A DNA stretch of 32,000 nucleotides, from positions 2,642 to 34,641 of the forward strand of contig JAWOFX010000137.1 in the NCBI GenBank assembly GCA_046497275.1. Reading direction: 5' to 3'. The notes below the pieces were generated by a model, which saw nothing but the letters and a program-made list of their open reading frames with translations, did no database searches and had not been told where the DNA came from. Positions 9,260-18,636 of the stretch are shown here, piece by piece. Source of the DNA: Promethearchaeia archaeon. Its GTDB lineage: Archaea; Asgardarchaeota; Lokiarchaeia; Sigyniarchaeales; SOKP01. The position numbers and the translations under genes were made by a program. The first letter of the stretch is position 1. Each line of letters opens with the position of its first letter.

Positions 9260-10987
9260 ATGCAGTCAGAAAAATCTCCATATTTATCAAAAATTTGGTT
9301 AAAAAATTATGATGGTTTTGTTCAAGAAAATTTAGAATTTGAGGTACGATCATTAGCAGATACTCTCAGAGAATCAGTTAAGACTTTTCCTGGAAGTTTG
9401 GTTTATGAATTTATGGGAACAACCTGTACTTATCGTGAGTTTGAGAAAGATGTGATTGCTTTTGCGAATTTTCTTATTGATAATGGGTTGAAAAAGGGGG
9501 ATAAAATCTCAATAAACCTCCCAAATTGTCCACAGTTTATGATTGCTCTTTATGGAGCATTTTATGCTGGAGTGGTAGTTTCTGGGATGAATTTTCTCCT
9601 CCAAACTAACGAAATTATTTACCAGCTTTCAGATTGTGAAGCGAAAGCAATAGTAACAATGGACTCATTTTATGAAGAAAAAGTACGGAAAGCATTAGCG
9701 AGTGGAAAAACTAATGTAAAATTAGTTGTAACTACTAACATCTCTGATATGATGGATATTGGTGGAGCTAAAAAGTTTTTAGGTAAATTATTGAAAAAAA
9801 TTCCAACAGGCAAAATTAAACCAATAGATGGAATGAAATTTTTTAAATTTCCTGAAATTCTTGAGACCTATCCTAATGACAAAGCTCCAGATGTTAAGAT
9901 AAATCCAAAAGAAGATTTAGCTTTCTTACAATATACCGGTGGTACAACTGGACCTCCCAAAGGTGCGATGTTAACTCATTTTAATGAGGTTGCAAACATT
10001 GATCAAGTAATTCACTGGTGGGAAATTGACACCCGTAGAGGAAGAGATATCTTCATTTCAGGTTTTCCTTTCTTCCATCTTGCAGGGTTATTTATGAATC
10101 TTGGTGCTGTTGCTTTTGCATGTATGCAATTATTAATACCAAATCCACGCGATATGGGTCATATTATCGATTTGATTAAAGAATGGCAACCAAACTTAAT
10201 GGTTAATGTACCTACATTGTATTTGATGCTGTTAAATGAACCTAAATTTAGAGAACTAGATTTAAGCAGTATTCGAGTCTATGTTTCTGGAGCAGCTCCA
10301 TTTCCAGCAGAAAGTATTAAAAATTTTGAAAAAATAGTCGGATTACATAAATTACTAGAAGTCTATGGTATGACTGAGGCTTCCCCTATAGCAACAATGA
10401 ATCCTTATCTGGGAGAAAGAAGAATCGGAAAAGTAGGTTTACCTGTATCTAATACATTATTGAAAATAGTTAACGTTGAAAATAAAGAGCAAGAAGTTCC
10501 CCTTGGTGAAGCTGGAGAAATAGCAATAAAAGGACCACAAGTTTTTCAAGGATATTGGAAAAAGCCGGATGAAACCAAAAATGCATTAAAAGATGGTTGG
10601 TTCTACACCGGTGATGTAGGAATAATGGATGAGGACGGCCATCTAAAAATTGTTGATCGAACAAAAGATATGATCATTGTAAGTGGATATAAGGTCTTTA
10701 GTGTTGAAGTAGACAATAAGATGGTGAAACATCCTGCTATTCAGTTAGCATCAACAATCGGTGTGCCTGATCCCGATCGACCAGGATCAGAGATGGTGAA
10801 ACTATATGTTTTATTAGAAGAAGGATATTCTGCAAGCGAGCAACTAAAAGATGAAATTAGACTATTTGCCGAAGAAAATCTTGCAAAATATAAAGTTCCC
10901 AAGATTATTGAAATTGTAGAGGAAATACCGCTTACAACCGTAGGAAAAATAGATAAAAGAGCATTGAGAGCAAAAGAGCAAGAATAA
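9260..10987 (+). CDS. fadD: Long-chain-fatty-acid--CoA ligase
   Basis: AMP-binding motif LQYTGGTTGPPKG; FPFFH; YGMTEAS; GWFYTGD; DRTKDMIIVSG; VGKIDK. Confidence 0.9.
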   Translation: MQSEKSPYLSKIWLKNYDGFVQENLEFEVRSLADTLRESVKTFPGSLVYEFMGTTCTYREFEKDVIAFANFLIDNGLKKGDKISINLPNCPQFMIALYGAFYAGVVVSGMNFLLQTNEIIYQLSDCEAKAIVTMDSFYEEKVRKALASGKTNVKLVVTTNISDMMDIGGAKKFLGKLLKKIPTGKIKPIDGMKFFKFPEILETYPNDKAPDVKINPKEDLAFLQYTGGTTGPPKGAMLTHFNEVANIDQVIHWWEIDTRRGRDIFISGFPFFHLAGLFMNLGAVAFACMQLLIPNPRDMGHIIDLIKEWQPNLMVNVPTLYLMLLNEPKFRELDLSSIRVYVSGAAPFPAESIKNFEKIVGLHKLLEVYGMTEASPIATMNPYLGERRIGKVGLPVSNTLLKIVNVENKEQEVPLGEAGEIAIKGPQVFQGYWKKPDETKNALKDGWFYTGDVGIMDEDGHLKIVDRTKDMIIVSGYKVFSVEVDNKMVKHPAIQLASTIGVPDPDRPGSEMVKLYVLLEEGYSASEQLKDEIRLFAEENLAKYKVPKIIEIVEEIPLTTVGKIDKRALRAKEQE

Positions 10988-11115
10988 TTTTAAATCTTTA
11001 ATTTTCTAACTTTTTTTCTGATTTTAATTTTTGAGGAAGAATAAAATTATTTTAAGAGAACTATTCAATTATTAGATATGATTATTTCAAAATTAAAATT
11101 GAGAGTGATGATTAA

Positions 11116-12396
11116 ATGGTAGGTAAAGATTCTGTACAATGTATCAGCGATGAAATTTTGGAAAAACTTAGCCTAAGAAATCGCTACAATTTTCTTAATA
11201 TAAACTTGATGAGTATTTTAAAACCTGAATATATGAATTTTCTCAGAGAAACCCAGAAATTCTATGTGAAGTTTGAAAAAAAGAATGAAATTACACACGA
11301 TGAGGATTTTTATGAGTGGATTCCCAAGATTGGGAAACAAGGCTTAGTAACTCGTGTAAATAAATTTGAAGACATAGGAATGGATTTAGAACCACATGGT
11401 TTTATGGCAGAATTCATGAGAGTATTAGCTACTGATTTCTTTGACCCACAATTAGCAATGGGAATGGGCGCAACAGTTCTTGCAATAAATCCCTTACTAC
11501 TTCATCATGAAGACGTTGATATTCGTTTACATGCACTTAAGGAAATGGCTACAGGTGAAAAAATTGGATGTATTTGTATTACAGAACCCGAAAGAGGCTC
11601 AGATGCAGTGCATATGGTTACGATGTGTGAAGAAAAAGACGATGGGAGTCTTATAGTGAATGGAGAGAAAATCTATCAAACAAACGGACCGAAGGCAGAT
11701 TGGGCAGTTGTATATGGAGTTACTGAAAAAGATAATGGAAATACTATGGCTCAGTTCTTAGTTGACACAACCTGGGAGGGATGGAAAGCTGAACGTGTGA
11801 ATATTCCATGGACACATAGAATGCATATTGGGAAAGAAACTTTTACTAATTTGAGGGTACCAAAGGAATATATCTTAGGAGGTCCTGGAAAGGGACGGGA
11901 ACATTTATTCGAGGGGTTAAATTTAGAGCGTTTAGGTATAGTTATTCTTAATCTTGCAGAAGCTTGGAATGCTCTCTCCCACGCTGTAATTTATGTAAAT
12001 ATGCGCAAGCAATTTGGTCAAGAAGTCTTAAAATATCAAGGTGTCGGATTTCCACTTAGTGATCAATGGGCTAAAACTATGAATTTGACCTTAGCAACAC
12101 TTCACATATGCCAAATAGTAGATGAAAAGATGGAACAATATAATGGAGTGCTTCCGAAACAATTGAATTTAGCTCTAGGTGCGAATGCCTCTCAACTAAA
12201 ATCTCAGAGTGCTAAATTAGCTGAGAGAGTATGTTATGAATGTGCTAATTTGATGGGGGGTGCAGGGGTGAATGATAATACTTTAATGAGAGATTTGTTA
12301 GGTATTACTAGAATCCAGGAAATTGGTGGTGGTACACGTCAAATTCAGCAATATATAATGAGTTTAGCATTAAGAAAGATCTTTAAAATGATATAA
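11116..12396 (+). CDS. Acyl-CoA dehydrogenase (IVD/LCAD-type catalytic Glu position)
   Basis: CITEPERGSD; NGEKIYQTNG; GLNLERL; RKQFGQ; QEIGGGT. Confidence 0.9.
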   Translation: MVGKDSVQCISDEILEKLSLRNRYNFLNINLMSILKPEYMNFLRETQKFYVKFEKKNEITHDEDFYEWIPKIGKQGLVTRVNKFEDIGMDLEPHGFMAEFMRVLATDFFDPQLAMGMGATVLAINPLLLHHEDVDIRLHALKEMATGEKIGCICITEPERGSDAVHMVTMCEEKDDGSLIVNGEKIYQTNGPKADWAVVYGVTEKDNGNTMAQFLVDTTWEGWKAERVNIPWTHRMHIGKETFTNLRVPKEYILGGPGKGREHLFEGLNLERLGIVILNLAEAWNALSHAVIYVNMRKQFGQEVLKYQGVGFPLSDQWAKTMNLTLATLHICQIVDEKMEQYNGVLPKQLNLALGANASQLKSQSAKLAERVCYECANLMGGAGVNDNTLMRDLLGITRIQEIGGGTRQIQQYIMSLALRKIFKMI

Positions 12397-12399
12397 CAA

Positions 12400-12440
12400 T
12401 TTTTATTTTTCCTCTACTTTTAGTTTTTTTCCTTTTTCTC
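12400..12440 (+). terminator. Oligo-T-rich archaeal-type terminator region after the acyl-CoA dehydrogenase
   Basis: Several T5-T7 runs directly after the stop, between convergent genes. Confidence 0.35.
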
Positions 12441-12443
12441 TAA

Positions 12444-13265
12444 TTATTTTCTGATATTAGAACAAATCAAGATCCCTGATCTCCCAGAGATCCTGAAATA
12501 TCCCTCTCTTTTAATTATTGATTTCAAATCCTCTTCTAATATATTCCATTCTTTACTTTTTTTAGATGACATATCAATTAAATTGAGACTTAAGATATAT
12601 TTTTTCAAAATATTGATGTTCTTAAGAGTAATATCTACAATATTCAAGTATTTTTTAATTATAATGGTATTAAAAAACTCTCCCATGATTTTTGGAGCAT
12701 TTTCTAATGTGAATTTATTCAAAAAATGATTTCTATGGGCTTTAATATGAAAATTATGGCTCTCCAATAATAAATTAAGCTCTTCCATATGGGTTTCAGA
12801 ATTAGTAGAAGCAATAAGTTTTCCGTTTGGTCGCAAAACACGAGTTATCTCCGAAAAGACTTCTCCTAAATCAGGAACATGATAAAACATATGAAATCCC
12901 AAAATTTTATCAAAGGTTTCTTTACGAAAGGGGAGGTGTTGAGCATCAATTTGGAGAATTTTGATGTTTGAGAGTAAGGGAAGTAAATTATTATGTAATA
13001 TTTTAATCATTTTCTTGGAATAATCTGAGACAACGAGAGTGTCTATATAATGAATATAAGAACGATTTTTAAGGCAAAAATCTCCTCTTCCACTACCAAG
13101 TTCTAATAGAGAAATAGCAGAGTCCAATTGGCTATTTTTATAGAGCCATTTCTGAAATTGAATTTGATTATTTCCCAGAATCCATAAATTTTGGCGATCT
13201 AAAAGATTTTTAGAACTTTTTTGATATTGATTTCTACTATGATATGTAATTTTTGATTTATCCAT
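12444..13265 (-). CDS. Class I SAM-dependent methyltransferase
   Basis: Motif I LLELGSGRG; VVSDYS; IDAQHLPF...FDKI; HMFYHVPD; RVLRPNGKL. Confidence 0.88.
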   Translation of the reverse strand: MDKSKITYHSRNQYQKSSKNLLDRQNLWILGNNQIQFQKWLYKNSQLDSAISLLELGSGRGDFCLKNRSYIHYIDTLVVSDYSKKMIKILHNNLLPLLSNIKILQIDAQHLPFRKETFDKILGFHMFYHVPDLGEVFSEITRVLRPNGKLIASTNSETHMEELNLLLESHNFHIKAHRNHFLNKFTLENAPKIMGEFFNTIIIKKYLNIVDITLKNINILKKYILSLNLIDMSSKKSKEWNILEEDLKSIIKREGYFRISGRSGILICSNIRK

Positions 13266-13365
13266 TGATAAAAATACTTTATTTTCTTATTTTATATTTT
13301 ATAGTAAATTTAGATTTATTTAATTTTGATAGCATAGACTTACAAATTATTTCATTTAAATTGAG

Positions 13366-13839
13366 ATGGTTCAAATAATGAGGGAGTTAATCAGAAATTC
13401 GGTAAAGGCAATTATTATAGAAAATAATAAAATTCTTTTCACTAAAAATAAAGATGAGTCGGGAATCTTTTACCTTCTTCCTGGAGGGGGTCAAGAACCA
13501 GGTGAGAACATGAAAGATGCCCTAAGAAGAGAAGTATATGAGGAAACAGGAGCAGAGATATATATCGATGATATCAAATATGTACGTGAATATATCGGAG
13601 TTAATCATGAATTTTCAGAATATGATGAGGATGTACATCAGATTGAATATATGTTTATTTGCCAATTAAAAAATATCAGCGATAATCAAGTTTCTGAACC
13701 TGATTCAATGCAAATAGGAATAGAATGGATGAAAATGGATAATATAGAAACATGTAGAATTTATCCTAAAATATTAAAATCATTATTAATGAAAGATGGT
13801 TTAATTGAGGAAAAAGTATATTTAGGGGATATCAATTAG
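13366..13839 (+). CDS. NUDIX hydrolase
   Basis: Complete Nudix box GGQEPGENMKDALRREVYEETG. Confidence 0.92.
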   Translation: MVQIMRELIRNSVKAIIIENNKILFTKNKDESGIFYLLPGGGQEPGENMKDALRREVYEETGAEIYIDDIKYVREYIGVNHEFSEYDEDVHQIEYMFICQLKNISDNQVSEPDSMQIGIEWMKMDNIETCRIYPKILKSLLMKDGLIEEKVYLGDIN

Positions 13840-13900
13840 ATTTAATCAATTATAATCATTTCAAAAATAAATTTGAATTAAATGTCTTATTAACTATATT

Positions 13901-14245
13901 ATGTTAAAAAAAAATATTAAGGAAGTAGAGGAAGAAATCGTAACTAAAGCGGGCTCCACCAAAACCACAATAAAATGGTTAATTACAGAAAATGACGGTC
14001 CCACACATTTTGCCACAAGACGATTTGAAATCCAACCTGGAGGGAAAGTTGGTCTGCATAAACATCCTGAAGAACATCATGTATATGTTTTAAATGGTGA
14101 AGCTGAGTTTTTTAATGGAGATGGAGTAAAATTTACTGGCAAAAAAGATGAAGTGATTTATATCCCTCCAAATGAATTACATGGCATTAGAAATACGTTC
14201 GAGGAAACTTTTGTGTTTATTTGTGTTATTCCTTATTTAAAATAA
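13901..14245 (+). CDS. Cupin-domain protein, 4-His metal site (TM1459-like)
   Basis: HKHPEEH and PNELHGIRN cupin motifs; C-terminal FICVIP. Confidence 0.88.
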   Translation: MLKKNIKEVEEEIVTKAGSTKTTIKWLITENDGPTHFATRRFEIQPGGKVGLHKHPEEHHVYVLNGEAEFFNGDGVKFTGKKDEVIYIPPNELHGIRNTFEETFVFICVIPYLK

Positions 14246-14345
14246 TTTTTACAACTTAGCTAATCTTATTCTGAAGAAATTATTAAATACATTAAGATCT
14301 AATCACTCATTATATAAAAATAATAAATTAGAATTTCTTAACAAA

Positions 14346-15167
14346 ATGAAAATTTCTGATATTAAAGATATAACTTATGAGAAAGAAGATAATGGAATAT
14401 GCACGATAACATTAAATAAACCAAAACGCAAAAATGCGATGTCCTTTGTAACTTTTCTGGAAATTGAAAGTGTATTAGAGGATATGGAAGCGGATAAAAA
14501 TGCGAGAGTATTAATTATTACTGGAGCCAAAGAAGCGAATGCTTTTTCTTCGGGAGGATATTTTAATATGAATATGTATACTTCTGTTCCCCCTGAAATC
14601 ATGGAAGAATTAGATCTCCAAGATATTGCAGTAAAGCGATTATGTATGAAATTTTGGAACTTTTCTAAACCCGTAATTGCTGCCGTCAATGGTCTTGCTG
14701 TGGGGGCTGGCTTTACTATGCTTTTATCTGGAGCAGATCTCATATATATGTCAGAAGATGCTTATATTGGCTTTTATTTTATTCGACGCGCGGTAATGGC
14801 TGAGTTTGGAGCAGATTTTCTTTTACCTTTTTATGTTGGATTTCAGAAGGCTAAAGAATTACTATATTTTGGAAAAAAAATATCTCCTGAAGAAGCTTTA
14901 GAGTTAGGATTAGTTAATGAGGTTTTACCTCCAGATGAGCTCCTTTCCTATACTAGAGAACAAGCTCTAAAGTTGATTCCTCCAAAAGGGCCAAGTCTTT
15001 CAATTAAACTTATGAAAAATACTATGCATAATTATTTTAAAGATATATTATCAAGAACATTAGACCTTGAAAATGAAGGTTTGCGAGATCTAATGAAAAC
15101 ACATGATTTTCGGGAATCTATGAAGGCATTAATTAAAAAAGGCGAGCCAAAATTTAAAGGAAAATAA
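14346..15167 (+). CDS. Enoyl-CoA hydratase/isomerase (crotonase) family, isomerase-type active site
   Basis: ITLNKPKRKNA; AFSSGG; KPVIAAVNGLAVGAG; EEALELGLVN; C-terminal KGEPKFKGK. Confidence 0.9.
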   Translation: MKISDIKDITYEKEDNGICTITLNKPKRKNAMSFVTFLEIESVLEDMEADKNARVLIITGAKEANAFSSGGYFNMNMYTSVPPEIMEELDLQDIAVKRLCMKFWNFSKPVIAAVNGLAVGAGFTMLLSGADLIYMSEDAYIGFYFIRRAVMAEFGADFLLPFYVGFQKAKELLYFGKKISPEEALELGLVNEVLPPDELLSYTREQALKLIPPKGPSLSIKLMKNTMHNYFKDILSRTLDLENEGLRDLMKTHDFRESMKALIKKGEPKFKGK

Positions 15168-15303
15168 CAAAACATCGTTTAATAATATTAATAAACATAT
15201 TTCTAATAAAATCTGTAGACTTATTTATCACTTATATTGAAGTAAAACTTATTTTGTTCTCAATAATATTATTCTAATAAAGAATTTCAGTTGCGATCGT
15301 TCA

Positions 15304-16152
15304 ATGCTAATTTGGATATTAAATAGTGAGTCAGGTCAAAGGATCTTATATAAATCATTCAACGATGCTGATACTGATGGAGATATTTCTTCTGGTTTTT
15401 TAACTGTTTTTCGTCAATTTTTTATGGTTGAATTTCGAGAAGAGATTGAATCTATTGAATTGGGAGGATTAAGATGGGTGTATATTTTGGAAACAGATTA
15501 TAATCTTCTTTTTATCGCTGCAGATAATAAAAAAAATACCACGGAAATCATGCGAAATCGTCTGGAAGTAATTAAAAATGCTTTTATAAAGGAATTTAAA
15601 CCTATTTATGAAAAAAGAAATAAAAGTTGGGATGGAAATATTAGAGTATTTCACCCTTTCCTTGAAACAATAGAAAATTATTATAATCAATGGGAACAAG
15701 TAGAAACACTTGTACCTCTTGCTTATTTTTTTGATGTTTTAGGCATTTTTCAAAATATTTTTATAACTCTTCGCAACATAATCGAAAAGAGAATGTATTC
15801 GAAAAGTAGAAAAAACATTTTTGATAGAATTGAAGAATCTGTAGATAACGTGAATAAATCTGAAAAATTCCAAAACAAAAAGGATTTAGAAGAGATCTCA
15901 TTTTCAATTGAAGAATGGATCACAATTATTGATTCGAACTTGGTTGAATGTGATAAAGAATTAGTTATTGATTATTTAAAGAATATATTATCAATCATCG
16001 TACGTAGCATTGAAACTGAAAAAGGGGTTACTAGATGTTTAAAATATTTTCGTGAAGAGGGAATTTTAATTTATATATTGAACAATATAGATCTATTAAG
16101 AGATTTAAACTTAGATATGTTCTTATGGAACCTGTTTCTACTAATCAGATAA
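15304..16152 (+). CDS. Longin-like N-terminal domain protein with a helical C-terminal region
   Basis: The first ~125 aa show the beta-beta-alpha-beta-beta-beta-alpha pattern typical of Asgard longin-like domains: LIWILNSESGQRILYK, DISSGFLTVFRQF, IESIELG, LLFIAAD, IKNAFIKEF, WDGNIRVF. Confidence 0.6.
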   Translation: MLIWILNSESGQRILYKSFNDADTDGDISSGFLTVFRQFFMVEFREEIESIELGGLRWVYILETDYNLLFIAADNKKNTTEIMRNRLEVIKNAFIKEFKPIYEKRNKSWDGNIRVFHPFLETIENYYNQWEQVETLVPLAYFFDVLGIFQNIFITLRNIIEKRMYSKSRKNIFDRIEESVDNVNKSEKFQNKKDLEEISFSIEEWITIIDSNLVECDKELVIDYLKNILSIIVRSIETEKGVTRCLKYFREEGILIYILNNIDLLRDLNLDMFLWNLFLLIR

Positions 16153-16376
16153 CAATCTCAAAAAAAAAATATAAAATATTCAAAAAAAATAACTAAACAA
16201 ATTATTGATTAATAAATTTGGATATTTCATATAAATTCAAAAATTCACAATCTCTATAGCTATTTCTCTTAAGAATCAAAAAAATAATTGAATTGTTATT
16301 ATCTGTCTAATGAGATAATTTTTAAATTCTCATATCACTAGTATTCATATTATAATGAATAATAATTTAGAGAAAA

Positions 16377-18059
16377 ATGGAGAATAACGCTAAATTTATA
16401 TTTGTAACTGGCGGTGTGATGAGTGGTATAGGAAAGGGAGTAGTCACAGCGAGCTTAGGAAAGATTCTCCAATTTAGGGGATTTAACATCTCAGTTGTTA
16501 AGATCGATCCGTATTTAAATGTTGATCCTGGAACATTAAATCCTATCGAGCATGGAGAGTGTTTTATTACAGAAGAAGTATGGGATTTTGAACCTGTGCC
16601 AGATTCCGATGAGCGAGTATATAAAATAAGTGAGATAGATCAAGATTTTGGTACATATGAAAGGTTTTTAGGAATCACAATTCATCCCTCTAATAATATT
16701 ACATCTGGACAAATTTACCTCTCAACTATTCTTAGAGAACGAAAAGGCAAATTTTTAGGAAGAACTGTCCAACTGATTCCTCATGTTACAAAAATGATAA
16801 AAGATAGGTTATTCGAAATTGCTGCGAAAGATGATTTAGATGTATTATTAGTAGAATGTGGGGGAACTGTCGGTGACTTAGAATCAAGCATCTTTTTAGA
16901 AAGTTTCCGACAGTTAAGACTTGAATTACCTAAAAATAATACTGCTTTTGTTCACGTAACATTAGTTCCTTATTCTAAGGCTGTTGGGCAACAAAAATCA
17001 AAACCAACCCAACACTCTGTTAAACAATTACAGAGCGCAGGACTTCAACCCGATATAATAATTGGCAGGAGTGAACAACCTCTGGAGGAAGATATAAGAA
17101 ATAAAATCTCCTTATTTTCTAATATACCTAAAAAAGCAGTGGTTTCTAACCCTGATTTAGATAATATTTACGAATTACCTTTATTATTTGAAGAACACCA
17201 ACTAGGAGATTTACTCTGTGAAATTCTTGATTTAAAAGCTAAACTGGTATCCTATAGTGAAATAACCAATTTCTCTGAATGGAAAAAAACTGTAGAAGTA
17301 TTTAGAAAAGCTAATAAGACTATAAAAATCGGAATGCCTGGAAAATATTTTAACATAACAGATTCTTATATCTCAATTAACGACGCATTAGAACACGCAG
17401 CAGCACACCAAGGCTATAAAACAGACCTTAAAATGATTAATATTGATGAAGAAACCGAAGTTAAAGAACAATTAAAAGAATGTGATGGAATTTTACTAAC
17501 TCCTGGATTCGGAGAAAGAGCCGTCGAGGGTATGATAGGGAGCGCTCTCTATGCGATGGAAAATAAAGTTCCATTTTTAGGAATATGTTTTGGCGCGCAA
17601 TTATTTTTTGTAGCATTTTGTAGAAAATATTTGGGATTAACTGGCGCAAATTCTACGGAAATAAATCCTAAAACTCCACATCCCGTAGTTGATTTATTAG
17701 AAAGCCAGAAAGAAGTGACTGAGAAGGGGGGAACAATGAGATTGGGAGGATTAAAAATCTTTATCAAAGAGGATACTAAATTATATAATGCGTATCAAAA
17801 AGAAGAGGTCGTGGAACGATTTCGGCACAGATATCATATTAATTCAAAATATATTAAAAAAGAAGGGAAAGAAAACGGCATTAGAATATCAAGTACAGAT
17901 GAGACAGGTAAAATTATTAATAGTATAGAATTGAGTGATCCAAACCATTGGATGGTAGGCACTCAGTTCCACCCCGAATTTAAATCTGCTCCGTTTAAAC
18001 CTTCACCTGTCTATTCTGCATTCATTAAAGAAGCGATAAAATACAGGAATAATAAATGA
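16377..18059 (+). CDS. pyrG: CTP synthase
   Basis: FVTGGVMSGIGKG; KIDPYLNVDPGT; GGTVGD; KPTQHSV; glutaminase GICFG and QFHPEF intact. Confidence 0.98.
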   Translation: MENNAKFIFVTGGVMSGIGKGVVTASLGKILQFRGFNISVVKIDPYLNVDPGTLNPIEHGECFITEEVWDFEPVPDSDERVYKISEIDQDFGTYERFLGITIHPSNNITSGQIYLSTILRERKGKFLGRTVQLIPHVTKMIKDRLFEIAAKDDLDVLLVECGGTVGDLESSIFLESFRQLRLELPKNNTAFVHVTLVPYSKAVGQQKSKPTQHSVKQLQSAGLQPDIIIGRSEQPLEEDIRNKISLFSNIPKKAVVSNPDLDNIYELPLLFEEHQLGDLLCEILDLKAKLVSYSEITNFSEWKKTVEVFRKANKTIKIGMPGKYFNITDSYISINDALEHAAAHQGYKTDLKMINIDEETEVKEQLKECDGILLTPGFGERAVEGMIGSALYAMENKVPFLGICFGAQLFFVAFCRKYLGLTGANSTEINPKTPHPVVDLLESQKEVTEKGGTMRLGGLKIFIKEDTKLYNAYQKEEVVERFRHRYHINSKYIKKEGKENGIRISSTDETGKIINSIELSDPNHWMVGTQFHPEFKSAPFKPSPVYSAFIKEAIKYRNNK

Positions 18060-18084
18060 TTCCTTTACATTGACTACTTAACCC

Positions 18085-18273
18085 ATGAGGTCGAATATCA
18101 ATTCTTTTTGCTTCTTAGCAAGAAAAGGAATACCATGTATTAAATCTCAAATTGATAAAAAACACTTACCTTATTATGAATGCGAAAAATGTATATGGCA
18201 CATTCATGGGAATAGAGTTCGCGAAATCAATGCTCTTGAACGATTGTTTGAAAAATATAGAAATGAGAGATAA
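18085..18273 (+). CDS. Small Cys/His-containing hypothetical protein (62 aa)
   Basis: Begins 25 nt after pyrG on the same strand; contains CEKC, two more Cys, HIH and an amphipathic C-terminal helix. Could be a chance ORF. Confidence 0.45.
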   Translation: MRSNINSFCFLARKGIPCIKSQIDKKHLPYYECEKCIWHIHGNRVREINALERLFEKYRNER

Positions 18274-18428
18274 TAATAAAAACTTTTTCCTTTCCAACTA
18301 TTTTAATGCAATTATAATTTTTATAATCAAGTCTTATAATTAAATATTTAAAATTGAAATAAATCCCAATAAATTTGAATTTTAATTCGAGGTTAGTAAA
18401 AAAAAAAAAGGAATTTTGGATAGAAGTA

Positions 18429-18608
18429 CTAATTAATTTTCCAATTAGCATTATATTGCGATGCTCCACAATTTGGACAATTTTGATTTTTCCAAGAGTA
18501 AGTACATTTTTCACATAATGGAAATGAAGTTCCACATTTAGAACATACCGCAGTATGATTAACTTGAATACTACTCTGTAACCCACATCTCGCACATTTT
18601 AAGCTCAT
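18429..18608 (-). CDS. 59-aa double zinc-ribbon microprotein (4 x CxxC); not in the ORF track
   Basis: Manual translation MSLKCARCGLQSSIQVNHTAVCSKCGTSFPLCEKCTYSWKNQNCPNCGASQYNANWKIN*. ATG at 18608, TAG at 18431-18429, followed by a long T run on the minus strand. Confidence 0.88.
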   Translation of the reverse strand: MSLKCARCGLQSSIQVNHTAVCSKCGTSFPLCEKCTYSWKNQNCPNCGASQYNANWKIN

Positions 18609-18636
18609 ATTATTATACCTGTATCGTATTATTCTA

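Noticed and set aside
18227-18595. 122-aa minus-strand ORF in the track
   Set aside because: Low-complexity translation; the same DNA in another frame gives the 4xCxxC protein, which is far more credible.
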